Below are positions 25,432-34,698 of a stretch of DNA of 52,834 nucleotides, one piece after another. A program made the position numbers and the translations under genes. How positions within the stretch are numbered: the stretch's first letter is position 1; each line of letters opens with the position of its first letter. Source of the stretch: an uncultured Oscillospiraceae bacterium (GTDB taxonomy: Bacteria; Bacillota; Clostridia; Oscillospirales; Oscillospiraceae); the NCBI GenBank assembly GCA_964411785.1, contig CAYPMJ010000001.1:1-52834 (forward strand). The letters run 5' to 3'. The notes under the pieces are model-generated. The model did no database searches and was not told the origin of the DNA. It saw only the letters and a program-made list of their open reading frames with translations.

Positions 25432-27114
25432 GTGGAAATGCATCGGAGAATGGGTGAGCTCCTTCTGTCTGACGGTCTTATAAGCCGCGAACAGCTGAGC
25501 GCTGCGCTGTCAGCGCAGGAGACAAGCGACAAGCGCCTGGGTCAGATTCTCGTTGAGGCAGGCAGTATCAGCGAGGAGCAGCTGCTTGACGTGCTTGGCA
25601 GACAGATGGGTGTGGACAGCGTCGACCTCTCAGGGATGGTCATACCCGGTGAGCTTGCGGAATTCGTGCCCCTGGACGTGGCGCGGGGACGGAGCGCAGT
25701 GCCCTTTGATATAAGGGATGACCGCCTGTATGTTGCCATGATCGATCCGCAGGATCATGCCGCTGTTAAGGAAATAGAACAGGCCGCGTCCATGTCGGTA
25801 GTCCCGAATATAGCCTCCGAGAGAATGGTAAAGGGCGCATTTTACGCCCTTTACGGCCATGAGGAGGCGGCTGACATTATCAGCAGACTGTGCGCCACCG
25901 TGACGAAGACGCCTTACTCCGGCGGGGAGCCGCAGTACGAGAAGCTCGACATCAGTGAAAACACCGCCCTGTGCATCAAGCTTGTGAACCTTATCATAAT
26001 TGACGCCTGCATCGCCAACGCCTCAGACATCCACCTGGAGCCGCAGAAAACAGATATGCAGGTCAGGATACGGGTGGACGGTTTTCTCCACACAACCCTC
26101 AGAATACCACGCAAGCTCCAGGACATGATAATATCCAGGTTGAAAATCATGGGCAGAATGGACATATCTGAGCACAGGACTCCCCAGGACGGCAGCGTCA
26201 CTGTCCAGCTTGGTGACGGCTCCCTGGATCTTCGCATCTCCACAATACCCATAATTTATGGGGAGAAGGCAGTGATACGCATCCTTGACAGCTCCTCCAG
26301 GCTGACAGACCTCAGGTCGCTTGGCATGGAGGGCAGTAACCTTGAAAAATGCATGAAGCTGCTCAGGTGCAGCAGCGGGATCACAATGATAGTCGGTCCG
26401 ACTGGCTCAGGAAAATCCTCCACCATGCGCGCCATGATCCGGGAGCTTAACAACGATGAGATCAATTTAGTAACGCTGGAGGATCCGGTTGAATATCACA
26501 TTTCCGGCGTAAATCAGATTCAGATCAACGAGAAGACCGGACTGACCTTTGCTGCAGGTCTGCGCGCCATTCTCCGTCAGGATCCCGACGTAATAGCCGT
26601 GGGCGAAATACGTGACGGTGATACTGCGAAGATCGCCATGCAGGCCGCTGTGACAGGTCATATGGTGCTGACGACAATACATACGTCCGATACCGCTTCC
26701 AGTATAGACAGGCTTTGCAGCATGGGAGTGGAACCATACATCATCGCCGAGGCGCTGAGAGGCGTAATTTCACAGCGTCTGGTCCGGCGCATCTGCCCTG
26801 ACTGCCGGGCGGCCTACACCGCCTCCGCCCAGGAGCTTGCCTGGCTTGGTCTTCCCGAGGGGAGCAATGTCCGGCTCTGGCGCGGGTCGGGCTGTCCCAG
26901 GTGCTATCACACGGGCTACTCCGGCAGGACAGGTATTTTTGAGGTTCTGGAATTAAACGCAGAGGCAAGGCAGCTTATTGCGGCGGGCTATCACAGCACC
27001 GACATCCTCCCTGTACTTGAAAATCAGGGCTTTCAGGATCTGCGCCAGAACGGAATTCAGCTTGTGCTGGACGGCGTCACGACGATAGATGAAGTCGTCC
27101 GGGTTCTCAGCTGA
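25432..27114 (+). CDS. GspE/PilB/MshE-family secretion ATPase with an N-terminal MshEN (c-di-GMP-binding) domain
   Basis: It has Walker A GPTGSGKSST, Walker B with Asp box DPDVIAVGEIRD, His box GHMVLTTIHT and a tetracysteine motif (CPDC...CPRC). Two N-terminal 24-residue RxGxxLLxxGxIxxxxLxxxLxxQ motifs are present. I place the start at GTG 25432 (AAGGTGG SD site 6 nt upstream); ATG 25438 is the alternative. Confidence 0.92.
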   Translation: MEMHRRMGELLLSDGLISREQLSAALSAQETSDKRLGQILVEAGSISEEQLLDVLGRQMGVDSVDLSGMVIPGELAEFVPLDVARGRSAVPFDIRDDRLYVAMIDPQDHAAVKEIEQAASMSVVPNIASERMVKGAFYALYGHEEAADIISRLCATVTKTPYSGGEPQYEKLDISENTALCIKLVNLIIIDACIANASDIHLEPQKTDMQVRIRVDGFLHTTLRIPRKLQDMIISRLKIMGRMDISEHRTPQDGSVTVQLGDGSLDLRISTIPIIYGEKAVIRILDSSSRLTDLRSLGMEGSNLEKCMKLLRCSSGITMIVGPTGSGKSSTMRAMIRELNNDEINLVTLEDPVEYHISGVNQIQINEKTGLTFAAGLRAILRQDPDVIAVGEIRDGDTAKIAMQAAVTGHMVLTTIHTSDTASSIDRLCSMGVEPYIIAEALRGVISQRLVRRICPDCRAAYTASAQELAWLGLPEGSNVRLWRGSGCPRCYHTGYSGRTGIFEVLELNAEARQLIAAGYHSTDILPVLENQGFQDLRQNGIQLVLDGVTTIDEVVRVLS

Positions 27115-27181
27115 CCGGCCCTGCAAAGAAACCGGCCAGCCGACCGGCAGGAGCCGTGGGTCAATAATGAAAGGACAGGTG

Positions 27182-27586
27182 ATGACAGCTGTGAGAAAGG
27201 AATGCGGCCCCGTTAATCTGCCGATGGGAGGAGAGCCGTCTCCGGATGCAGGAGTACCCAGGGAAAGATGCCGCGGCGTCCGCAGCGGAAAGTCGGGGCG
27301 CGATAAGCTCGCCTCCGATTCCGGCGAGACGCTGGTGGAGTGTCTTATAAGTGTACTTATAATCAGCCTGTCTGTCAGTCTGCTGCTTGTGATTGTATCG
27401 GACGCTGTCGCGCTAGACCAGCTCGCCCTTGATAAGGACAACACCCTTAGTATGGAGCTTGAGGGCGCTGAGATGAAAACTGAATGTGCCGGCTCCGCCG
27501 TAGTCACCATCTCCGGCAGCGGCCTTGAGGACATCTGTTTTTCTGTCCGGAGATATGGCGGCAGTTCCATTGTCTCATATAAATAA
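27182..27586 (+). CDS. Small membrane protein with a degenerate prepilin-like motif; possible pseudopilin
   Basis: AAGGA lies 6 nt before the ATG at 27182. The sequence SG-ETLVE-CLISVLIISLSVSLLLVIV resembles a class III signal (Gly, Glu at +5, hydrophobic helix). The +1 residue is Glu rather than Phe/Met, and the leader is unusually long at about 47 aa. Codon usage is plausible. Confidence 0.4.
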   Translation: MTAVRKECGPVNLPMGGEPSPDAGVPRERCRGVRSGKSGRDKLASDSGETLVECLISVLIISLSVSLLLVIVSDAVALDQLALDKDNTLSMELEGAEMKTECAGSAVVTISGSGLEDICFSVRRYGGSSIVSYK

Positions 27587-27699
27587 AGGCACAGGTATCC
27601 CGCATGTATTCTCCGTCCCGCTCCGCACAGGCCCTGCTGCAGACCTCATGCGTCCCCGGGGTGAGCGTAAACGGTGCAGACTGGCAGATCAAGGCTTTT

Positions 27700-29061
27700 T
27701 TATGCTTTTGCTGCGCCGGCTTCCATCCTCTTTCTCAGCGCAAAGCAGCCGATGGCGATAACAAACGCCGTCACGGACAGACTCACCGGATAGACCAGCA
27801 TAAGGGATGAGTATGTACCGATTTTTCTGAATATGGTGAACACCCACAGAATACGTGTTCCGCAGATAAAGACGATGGAGCACACAGCCGGTGTCATGCT
27901 CATGCCGAAGCCCCGCATATACCCGGAAATCACCTCCAGGACCAGGTAAAACAGCTGCCCGAAGTACATGTACCTGAACCTTAAAAGTCCCATCTCAATG
28001 GTCTGCGCGTCGCTGCTGAATATCCCCAGGAGCCTCCTGGCGAAGGTCAGCAGCACTGCTCCGCCCAGCAGCATGACGATCTCTCCTGTGAGCAGCGTGA
28101 CCCACAGCCCCCTGCGGCAGCGCCTCAGATCCCGCGCTCCGCAGTTCTGCCCCGTAAATGTGGTGCAGGCCTGGCCGAAGGATGTCACAAACTGAAACGT
28201 CATCGTCTCTATATTGCTCGCAGCGGTGGATGCCGCCATCGCCGTATCGCCAAGGGAGTTGACCGCCGACTGGACACAGGCGTTGGCCAGGGAGAAGACC
28301 ATCCTCTGCACCCCCGCCGGGACGCCGATTTTCAGCATCTTCACAAGCGTCTGCCAGTCCACTCTCAGCGACCGGAGGTCGATATGCACCTCTCCGCGGC
28401 TTCTTATTAGCAGGATGAAGAGCGTTCCCGCGCTTATGAAATTGGATACCACCGTAGCTATGGCCACGCCGTCCACCGAGCGGTGCAGCTTCAGCACGAA
28501 GAAGAAATTCAGCGCAACATTGACGATCCCCGCCGTCAACAGCACCAGCAGAGGCGTTCTCGTGTCACCGATGCTTCGGAGGATTGCCGCCTCAAAGTTA
28601 TATAGGAGGATCACGGGCATACCCAGCATGTAGATGCGAAAATACAGCTCAGACATCTCCGCCACGTTTTCCGGAACGCCCATAATCCTGACGACAGGCC
28701 CCGCAGCGACCTGGCCGATTATGGCCAGCGCCGCTCCGCACACAAGGGCCGTCACCACTGAGGTGTGCACCGCGCTTTTTACTCCCTCCCGGTCTCCTGA
28801 CCCCAGGCACCGGGAGATGAGCACATTTGCGCCCGTTGAAACGCCCACTGAGAGGTTTATGAACAGGTTGATAACAGAGGTGTTGCTCCCCACTGCCGCC
28901 ATGGCCTGGTTGCTGACCCGCTGTCCCACCACCGCCACGTCGGCGGCGTTGAAGAGCTGCTGAAGCATCCCCGTTGCCGCCAACGGCAGTGCGAACATGA
29001 GAATCTTATCCCAGATAGTGCCGCTGAGCATGTCCACCTCACCGCGTTTTTTTGCTGACAT
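27700..29061 (-). CDS. MATE-family efflux transporter
   Basis: It has 12 hydrophobic segments. The N-terminal WDKILMFALPLAATGMLQQLFNAADVAVVGQ is the classic MATE signature region. I place the start at ATG 29061, 7 nt after the stop of the lyase gene; GTG 29076 is the alternative. Confidence 0.88.
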   Translation of the reverse strand: MSAKKRGEVDMLSGTIWDKILMFALPLAATGMLQQLFNAADVAVVGQRVSNQAMAAVGSNTSVINLFINLSVGVSTGANVLISRCLGSGDREGVKSAVHTSVVTALVCGAALAIIGQVAAGPVVRIMGVPENVAEMSELYFRIYMLGMPVILLYNFEAAILRSIGDTRTPLLVLLTAGIVNVALNFFFVLKLHRSVDGVAIATVVSNFISAGTLFILLIRSRGEVHIDLRSLRVDWQTLVKMLKIGVPAGVQRMVFSLANACVQSAVNSLGDTAMAASTAASNIETMTFQFVTSFGQACTTFTGQNCGARDLRRCRRGLWVTLLTGEIVMLLGGAVLLTFARRLLGIFSSDAQTIEMGLLRFRYMYFGQLFYLVLEVISGYMRGFGMSMTPAVCSIVFICGTRILWVFTIFRKIGTYSSLMLVYPVSLSVTAFVIAIGCFALRKRMEAGAAKA

Positions 29062-29068
29062 ATGTATG

Positions 29069-32000
29069 CTATTCACCCAGGTATCTTGAAATTATCTCCG
29101 CCATCTCCGCCCTTGCGGCGATGCACTCCGGCATAAGGCGTCCATCGCCGTAGCCCACAACGAGTCCGGTTCTCACTCCCCAGGCCATGGCGTCAACGGC
29201 GTATTCTGAGATTCCGGAGGAGTCCGTGAAGTCCTCAAGCGCGGCCCTGTCCGCAGTGACATCCTCGCCGCAGGACATGGCATAGTGCCAGAGTGCGGCT
29301 ATCAGGTCCTCCCTTGTGATGCACTCGTCCGGGCCGAAGGTCCCGTCGTCCCGAACGGCGATGCAGCCGCTCTCCACTGCCCAGCCGGCGGCCTTTCCGT
29401 ACCACGCGCCGGCGTCCACGTCGTCAAGCTCCGGATCTGTCTGAACTTCCGGAGTCCCTGCAAGGCGGTAGAGAACTGTGGCGGCCTGGGCGCGGGTAAC
29501 CGGCAAATCAGGGGCAAACCGATCCTCGCTTACCCCGTTTGTCAGTCCCTCCCTCACGAGGGCTGCCACGGCGTCATAATACCAATCCTCGGGGGAAACA
29601 TCCTCAAAAAGCTGCTGCTTATCGGGCTCAACAGAGCCTGTCCAGATGATAAGGTCATCCACGTGGTAGCTGGTAAACCTGGCGTTCTCCGCAGAGAAGC
29701 ACAGCTCGTCGATGGTGGAATAATCGACCTTGTTTTCAAAGCCCTCCAGAAGCTTTTCGCCGTTAATGTACACGTCGGTGGTGTCCGGCCCGCCGACGTC
29801 TATTGTCGTGACCAGAGTCAGAGTGTTCCACTCGGTGATGTCGTAGTCGCCGGGCAGCGGCGTGTAGCTGCTGCCGGAGGTGTTGTAGCTGAAATATGTG
29901 TTGTCAGAGCGGATACAGAAGGACTCCCTTGCTGTGGTGGTGATGCCGCCGGTGCCAAAGGCGATTCTGAATCCCCTCCTGCAGTCCTCCACCTCCTGGC
30001 CGTTCACGTCGGGGTCAACCTTGAATCTGAACTGGATGGTGAGCGTGCCGCCGGTGGGATCGAATTTCAGGGTGGCCTTGGGCTGTCCGGCGCTGTTGGC
30101 GTCCACCACGTTCATGCTTCCATTCTCCATGGTGACGGATGTGTTCTGGACGTTGGCCGACGACATTGTCCACTCCGGGCCGAAGACACCGCTCTCAAAG
30201 TCGTTGCTGTAAATGACTGTCCCGGCCTCAACCGCCTTTGTGACGCTGATCTCCGCCACGGCATATGCCTCCGGATTGTCAAGGCTGGTCACCTGCACTC
30301 TCGCGGTCCCCACGGCAAGGCCGGTGACATTGCCGTCCTCACTTACTAAGACTGCGTCCCCACCCGACAGGACAGTGTATTTAAGTCCCTTCTCGGTGGC
30401 GGAATCCGGCGCAGCCGATGCATCGAGCGTGCTTTGTTCGCCTACAGTGAGACTTATTCTGTCGGCTCCCAGGGACACGCTCTCAACCCGAACCATGTCG
30501 GCTGCCTCCTTCACGGTGACGGTCTTCTCCGCGTATACTGAGCTGTCAAGGGCGCTCTCAACGCGAATTGTGGCCGTGCCGGCCCTGACTGCCGTGACAA
30601 ATCCGTCCCTTGTAACTGCAACGGCGCTGCCGCTGACGGAAAAGCTCACCTCATTGTTGCTTGTCACCGGATCTGCTGTCACCTCTGACTGGGCGCTGTC
30701 CTGGACTCCCATGACGGATGGAAGGCCTGAGAGAGTGAGCGCTGCGGGCACGACGGCGTTTCCTCCCTCAGGGGGGTTTGCGCCTGTGAAAATTTTCACA
30801 TCGTCGATACTGTATGTCAGCACGTCGGCGGAGCCCGTCTGGATGTTGAGCTGATTTACATAATCTATCGAATTTCTGTTGGCCAGTCCCAGGCCGACGG
30901 CATACCCGTTAATGTACACGTCGGTGGTGTTGGCTCTGGACGTGCCGTCATTCGGAGTTACCACGAACACAATCTCCGCCCACTCGCCGAAATCGAAGAT
31001 CGCCTTATCTGCGTTCATGGTGGGCTTGGAATAGGAGCTCGTCAGCCCGTAGGTGAGCGCTGTGAAATTCGGGTAGGAACCGCTGGCTGTATTTCTGATT
31101 CTGAAAAGCTCCGTATCATTGGTGTACCAGCTGTCGGAGCCGGATGCGACGATATAGAGATACCCGGGGTCGTTTTTTGCGGAATGGGTTCCCAGCTCGT
31201 CTATTCTGATGCGGAAGGAGATGGTGGTGGTCTGGTACTGGGCCGGGAATACGATGGCGAGCTTTGCAGGGGATGCGCCGGTGTCTCTGAGCTCAACTGC
31301 CACGTTTCCGTCCGGGTCGGCGACCAGGGATGTAGTCGCGTCGGCGGCGGATTCGGCATAGACCGTCACCTCGCCGCTGCTGAGAGATCCGATCCCGGCT
31401 CCCGGATCTGTCCCGAAATCCGTCTCAAAAAGCGCCTCCACCGGCGCGTCCGGCATGTCAGCCACAGTGACGGTACAGACCGCTGACGCCCCCGGATTGG
31501 AAGCGCTGACCGCTCTGACGGTGGCTGTCCCCACGGCAAGGGCGGTGACATTGCCGTATCTGTCCACCACCGCACACTCATCGCCCTCTGTCACGCTCCA
31601 GCTGACAGAGGTGTCTGTGGCCTTGACTGGAACCATGGCCGCCTGAAGGGTCGCTTTTTCACCGGGTCTTAGCGTCAGGCTGTCTGCGGAGAGCTCAAGT
31701 CCCTCCACAGGGATTTCGGTGACCTCGTCCGTGTGGGTGATCTTCCCCGAGTACACAAGCACATCGGCGTACTCATCCATGTTGTAGTTTTTGGAGTCCT
31801 GGAGGTAATTGCCCAGCTTGAAGTAGTAGAGCGTCTCCTTCCAGCCGGGGTCACCGGCGACGAAGTCGTAGGAATATGTCTCCTCGCGCACCTCCCCACC
31901 GGGGTCCGTGGTACCGATGGTCACGAAGGCGCGTCCGTCCACCACCTGGATCTCCGTGGAAAATTTCTGTCCCAGTGCGACATCCGGGAACGTGAACCGT

Positions 32001-32614
32001 CTGTCCGCTGAGGACGCCGAGGTGGTCTCCTTGAGCTCCACCACGATGTTTCCTGTCCCGGCTGTGAAGTCGTAGTTGTACGACACCTTCACCAGCGGGT
32101 TGGCGTTGCTGCCGTCCTTCTCGATGCCGTGGATCTGAGAGGTGATGACCTTTCCGGTGGGCGATACGTGGGTCACGCTCTCGACGGCTGTGAGGGTGTG
32201 TGTCCCCTCCCACCCCCAGTTGACGGTGGTGTGAGAGCCGTCAATGAGCTCCCGCAGCTCCGTGCGGGTGTAGGATGTGTTGGCCGTCTTCGCCCCGTCC
32301 ACGGTGCAGTGAAAGACGATGACTTCCTCGCCGTTTTCGTCAGTGCTGGCGTAGAAGTACTGATCCTCATACCCGGCTGCAAGCTCCTCCGGCATGACCT
32401 CCATCACTGATGTGAGCTTGTCGGGGTCCCACTCGGGCAACTGGATCTTCCAGCCGTCCGCTGCAAAATCCAATATCCCCGTATCGGCGGGAGTCCTGCT
32501 CCCCTTCTTAATCGTCCCGTCCCCGACCCCTCCGGAGGCCGCAGCTATCGCCGCAGAGCCCGAGGCCAACGCCAGGGTGAGTGCGGAGGCAAGAATGCGC
32601 TTCCATATATTCAT
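29069..32614 (-). CDS. Cell-surface multi-modular polysaccharide lyase: PL7 (alginate_lyase2-like) + Big_2 x3 + LamG-like x2 + SLH x3
   Basis: The signal peptide is MNIWKRILASALTLALASGSAAIAAA. I place the start at 32614, downstream of an AGGAG SD site. PL7 hallmarks are present: WKIQLP, RTELRE, QIH and YYFKLGNYLQ. Big_2-like modules include TLQAAMVPVKATDTSVSWSV...GTATVRAV. Two concanavalin-like modules carry TTDVYING. The C-terminal SLH repeats include FEDVSPEDWYYDAVAALVREGLTNG. Confidence 0.82.
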   Translation of the reverse strand: MNIWKRILASALTLALASGSAAIAAASGGVGDGTIKKGSRTPADTGILDFAADGWKIQLPEWDPDKLTSVMEVMPEELAAGYEDQYFYASTDENGEEVIVFHCTVDGAKTANTSYTRTELRELIDGSHTTVNWGWEGTHTLTAVESVTHVSPTGKVITSQIHGIEKDGSNANPLVKVSYNYDFTAGTGNIVVELKETTSASSADRRFTFPDVALGQKFSTEIQVVDGRAFVTIGTTDPGGEVREETYSYDFVAGDPGWKETLYYFKLGNYLQDSKNYNMDEYADVLVYSGKITHTDEVTEIPVEGLELSADSLTLRPGEKATLQAAMVPVKATDTSVSWSVTEGDECAVVDRYGNVTALAVGTATVRAVSASNPGASAVCTVTVADMPDAPVEALFETDFGTDPGAGIGSLSSGEVTVYAESAADATTSLVADPDGNVAVELRDTGASPAKLAIVFPAQYQTTTISFRIRIDELGTHSAKNDPGYLYIVASGSDSWYTNDTELFRIRNTASGSYPNFTALTYGLTSSYSKPTMNADKAIFDFGEWAEIVFVVTPNDGTSRANTTDVYINGYAVGLGLANRNSIDYVNQLNIQTGSADVLTYSIDDVKIFTGANPPEGGNAVVPAALTLSGLPSVMGVQDSAQSEVTADPVTSNNEVSFSVSGSAVAVTRDGFVTAVRAGTATIRVESALDSSVYAEKTVTVKEAADMVRVESVSLGADRISLTVGEQSTLDASAAPDSATEKGLKYTVLSGGDAVLVSEDGNVTGLAVGTARVQVTSLDNPEAYAVAEISVTKAVEAGTVIYSNDFESGVFGPEWTMSSANVQNTSVTMENGSMNVVDANSAGQPKATLKFDPTGGTLTIQFRFKVDPDVNGQEVEDCRRGFRIAFGTGGITTTARESFCIRSDNTYFSYNTSGSSYTPLPGDYDITEWNTLTLVTTIDVGGPDTTDVYINGEKLLEGFENKVDYSTIDELCFSAENARFTSYHVDDLIIWTGSVEPDKQQLFEDVSPEDWYYDAVAALVREGLTNGVSEDRFAPDLPVTRAQAATVLYRLAGTPEVQTDPELDDVDAGAWYGKAAGWAVESGCIAVRDDGTFGPDECITREDLIAALWHYAMSCGEDVTADRAALEDFTDSSGISEYAVDAMAWGVRTGLVVGYGDGRLMPECIAARAEMAEIISRYLGE

Positions 32615-32660
32615 CTTCTTTTTTCTCCTCATCGTTTTTAACTCGAATTCAATTTAAACC

Positions 32661-32689
32661 TTGATTTCGGTGAATATTGATGATACAAT
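32661..32689 (+). promoter_or_regulatory. Putative promoter of the IclR-family gene
   Basis: The sequence reads TTGATT, 17 nt, TACAAT, with an extended -10 TG (TGATACAAT). Confidence 0.45.
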
Positions 32690-32766
32690 TACATGGATAT
32701 TTATGCTTTGCTTCGGAGCGGGCCGGGTTCACACACCCGGCGCGTTTTGCCGAAAAGGTGGAATTT

Positions 32767-33528
32767 ATGAACAGAACAGTTGAGAGAACCATGGCCATTC
32801 TTCGCCTGATCTCAGAGAACAGCCGCGGTATAACGCTCCAGGAAATTGCCACAGACATGGACATGGCCAAAAGCAGCGCTTCGGTCATCGTACATACGCT
32901 CCTTGAACTTGGCTTTATCAAGTCAAAGGAGGACAACAGCAGAAAATACGTCCTGGGGGTTGAGACCTTCGCCCTCGGAATGAAGTATTTAGACGAGGTG
33001 AGCCTGGTCTCCATCTGTGCAAACTTCCTTCCCGGGCTTGCTGAGCGGCACAACCGCACCGCCTTTGTGGGTGTGCTCAGCGGGACGAATGTGGTGTACC
33101 TCTACAAGTACGTCTCCAGCCATGCGAGGCTCGCCACCTGTGCCATAGGCTCCTCAAGGGCCGCCTACGCCACTGCCCTCGGCAAGGCGCTCATCGCCTT
33201 TCTCCCGGAAAAGGACAGGCAGCGGATTATCTCGGAGATTGATTTCAAGGCATTTACCAGGTTCACCATTGCGGACAGGGAGTCCTTCACAAGGGAGATG
33301 GACATAACCCGCACCAGGGGGTACGCCAGGGAGCGCGGGGAGCTGGAGGATCTCACACTGTGCTTCGCTGCGCCGGTCTTCGACTATTCCGGGAAGGTTG
33401 TGGCAGCCATTTCCCTCTCCGACATCTACAGCCCCGGAGGGGAGCTGGATGAGCCATCCATCACCGCAGACCTGATGGAGGTCTCCGGAGCCATCTCCAG
33501 GAATCTGGGCTACACCGGTGATAAATAA
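32767..33528 (+). CDS. IclR-family (KdgR-like) transcriptional regulator
   Basis: MNRTVERTMAILRLISENSRGITLQEIATDMDMAKSSASVIVHTLLELGFI is a winged helix-turn-helix, followed by an IclR effector domain. I place the start at ATG 32767, preceded by an AAAGGTGGA SD site. The protein is 253 aa, typical for the family. Confidence 0.9.
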   Translation: MNRTVERTMAILRLISENSRGITLQEIATDMDMAKSSASVIVHTLLELGFIKSKEDNSRKYVLGVETFALGMKYLDEVSLVSICANFLPGLAERHNRTAFVGVLSGTNVVYLYKYVSSHARLATCAIGSSRAAYATALGKALIAFLPEKDRQRIISEIDFKAFTRFTIADRESFTREMDITRTRGYARERGELEDLTLCFAAPVFDYSGKVVAAISLSDIYSPGGELDEPSITADLMEVSGAISRNLGYTGDK

Positions 33529-33557
33529 CAGGATAAAATGGGATAGTTTTCTTAATT

Positions 33558-33583
33558 CCCCGCGCCGTAAAAACGGCGCGGGG
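33558..33583. terminator. Bidirectional intrinsic terminator between convergent genes
   Basis: A perfect 10-bp GC stem (CCCCGCGCCG / CGGCGCGGGG) closes a 6-nt loop. It is followed by AATTTTT on the plus strand and AATTAAGAAAA on the minus strand. Confidence 0.7.
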
Positions 33584-33599
33584 AATTTTTAAGAGCTCT

Positions 33600-33926
33600 T
33601 TAGTCAGTAAGAAAATCTGCCCTCTGGGGCGTAAAGACATCTATGAGAACCGAGTCCTCAAGAGCCGTCACTCCATGTTCAGCTCCGGCCGGCACAAAAT
33701 AGCTGTCGCCCGCCTTCAGGAGGTGCTTTTCTCCCTCCTCACAGTACTCGAACGAGCCGGATACCACATATGTGACCTGTCTGTGCGGGTGGGAGTGGGC
33801 GCTGCCCACCGCGCCCTTCCGGAAAGTCACGTGGACTGCCATGATGTCGTCGCCGCGGGCTATGACGCGCCGGGTCACTCCCGGTTCGGGGCTTGTCGGC
33901 GTTACGGAATCAAACTCAACTACCAT
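33600..33926 (-). CDS. Cupin-domain protein, KdgF-like
   Basis: 108 aa. Cupin motif 1 is GSAHSHPHRQ (HxHxxxQ) and motif 2 is GDSYFVPAGAEHG. The size and uronate-locus context fit KdgF. An AAGGAGAGGTGA SD site is present. Confidence 0.7.
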   Translation of the reverse strand: MVVEFDSVTPTSPEPGVTRRVIARGDDIMAVHVTFRKGAVGSAHSHPHRQVTYVVSGSFEYCEEGEKHLLKAGDSYFVPAGAEHGVTALEDSVLIDVFTPQRADFLTD

Positions 33927-33939
33927 CTCTCACCTCTCC

Positions 33940-34698
33940 TTAAATGAACGCCTGGCCGCCGTTTACCTGAATGACCTCGCCGGTGAGGAAGGAGGACTTC
34001 TCCGAGGCGAGGAAGCCTATGACGGATGCGACCTCCTCGGGCTGTCCCAGGCGGCCCAGGACGATGTCCTTCGCCCAGGACTCCAGAACCTCGCGCGGTG
34101 TAGCCGCATGGAAGAGCGTGTCGATTGTACCTGGGGACACTGCGTTTACGCGGATGCCGTACTCCGCCAGATCCTTGGCCAGAGCGCGGGTGATGCCCTC
34201 GACGGCCCCCTTGGCCGCGGCGTAGATTCCGGCTCCTCTGCCTGCGCCGGAGGTAACGGCAATGGAGCTGAAGTTTATGATAGACGGGCATTTCCCTTTC
34301 TTAAGGAGCGGGATCGCCGCGCGGCTGGCAAAGAAGACGCTGTCAAAGTTAAGAGCCATGACGCTGCGCATGAAGCTGGTCTCCATGCCCTCAAAGCGCT
34401 GGCGCCCGCCAAGGCCGCCGACGTTGTTCACGAGGACATCGATGGAGTCGTATTTCTCCGCCAGCTTCTCAAAGACGGCGTTGACCTCCTCCTCCTTCGT
34501 GGAATCCGCAAAATAGAACTCCGCTCTGACTCCCTTCTCCTCAAGCTCCTTAACTGCCCTGTCGGAATCCTCCTTTGAAACACCCGTGAGGATGATATCA
34601 TATCCGCCAAGCCCAAGCTCAACGGCTGTGGCAAGTCCGATGCCTCTTGTTCCCCCCGTGATGACTGCTCGCATATTTCTTTCTCCCTTCAAAGTCAT
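33940..34698 (-). CDS. SDR-family oxidoreductase (KduD/DEH-reductase-like by context)
   Basis: It carries TGGTRGIG, NNVG and a catalytic S...YAAAKGA. Its start forms an ATGA overlap with the upstream stop; ATG 34674 is the alternative start. Confidence 0.9.
   Translation of the reverse strand: MTLKGERNMRAVITGGTRGIGLATAVELGLGGYDIILTGVSKEDSDRAVKELEEKGVRAEFYFADSTKEEEVNAVFEKLAEKYDSIDVLVNNVGGLGGRQRFEGMETSFMRSVMALNFDSVFFASRAAIPLLKKGKCPSIINFSSIAVTSGAGRGAGIYAAAKGAVEGITRALAKDLAEYGIRVNAVSPGTIDTLFHAATPREVLESWAKDIVLGRLGQPEEVASVIGFLASEKSSFLTGEVIQVNGGQAFI

Noticed and set aside
26953-27570. 205-aa minus-strand ORF overlapping the ATPase 3' end and the pilin-like ORF
   Set aside because: The translation is Ser/Leu/Pro-rich and featureless, and there is no SD site. 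It would run convergently through the end of a clearly real ATPase gene.
29285-30349. 354-aa plus-strand ORF
   Set aside because: It is antisense to the SLH and LamG part of the lyase gene. Its composition is Gly/Val/Ala/Arg-rich with no motifs.
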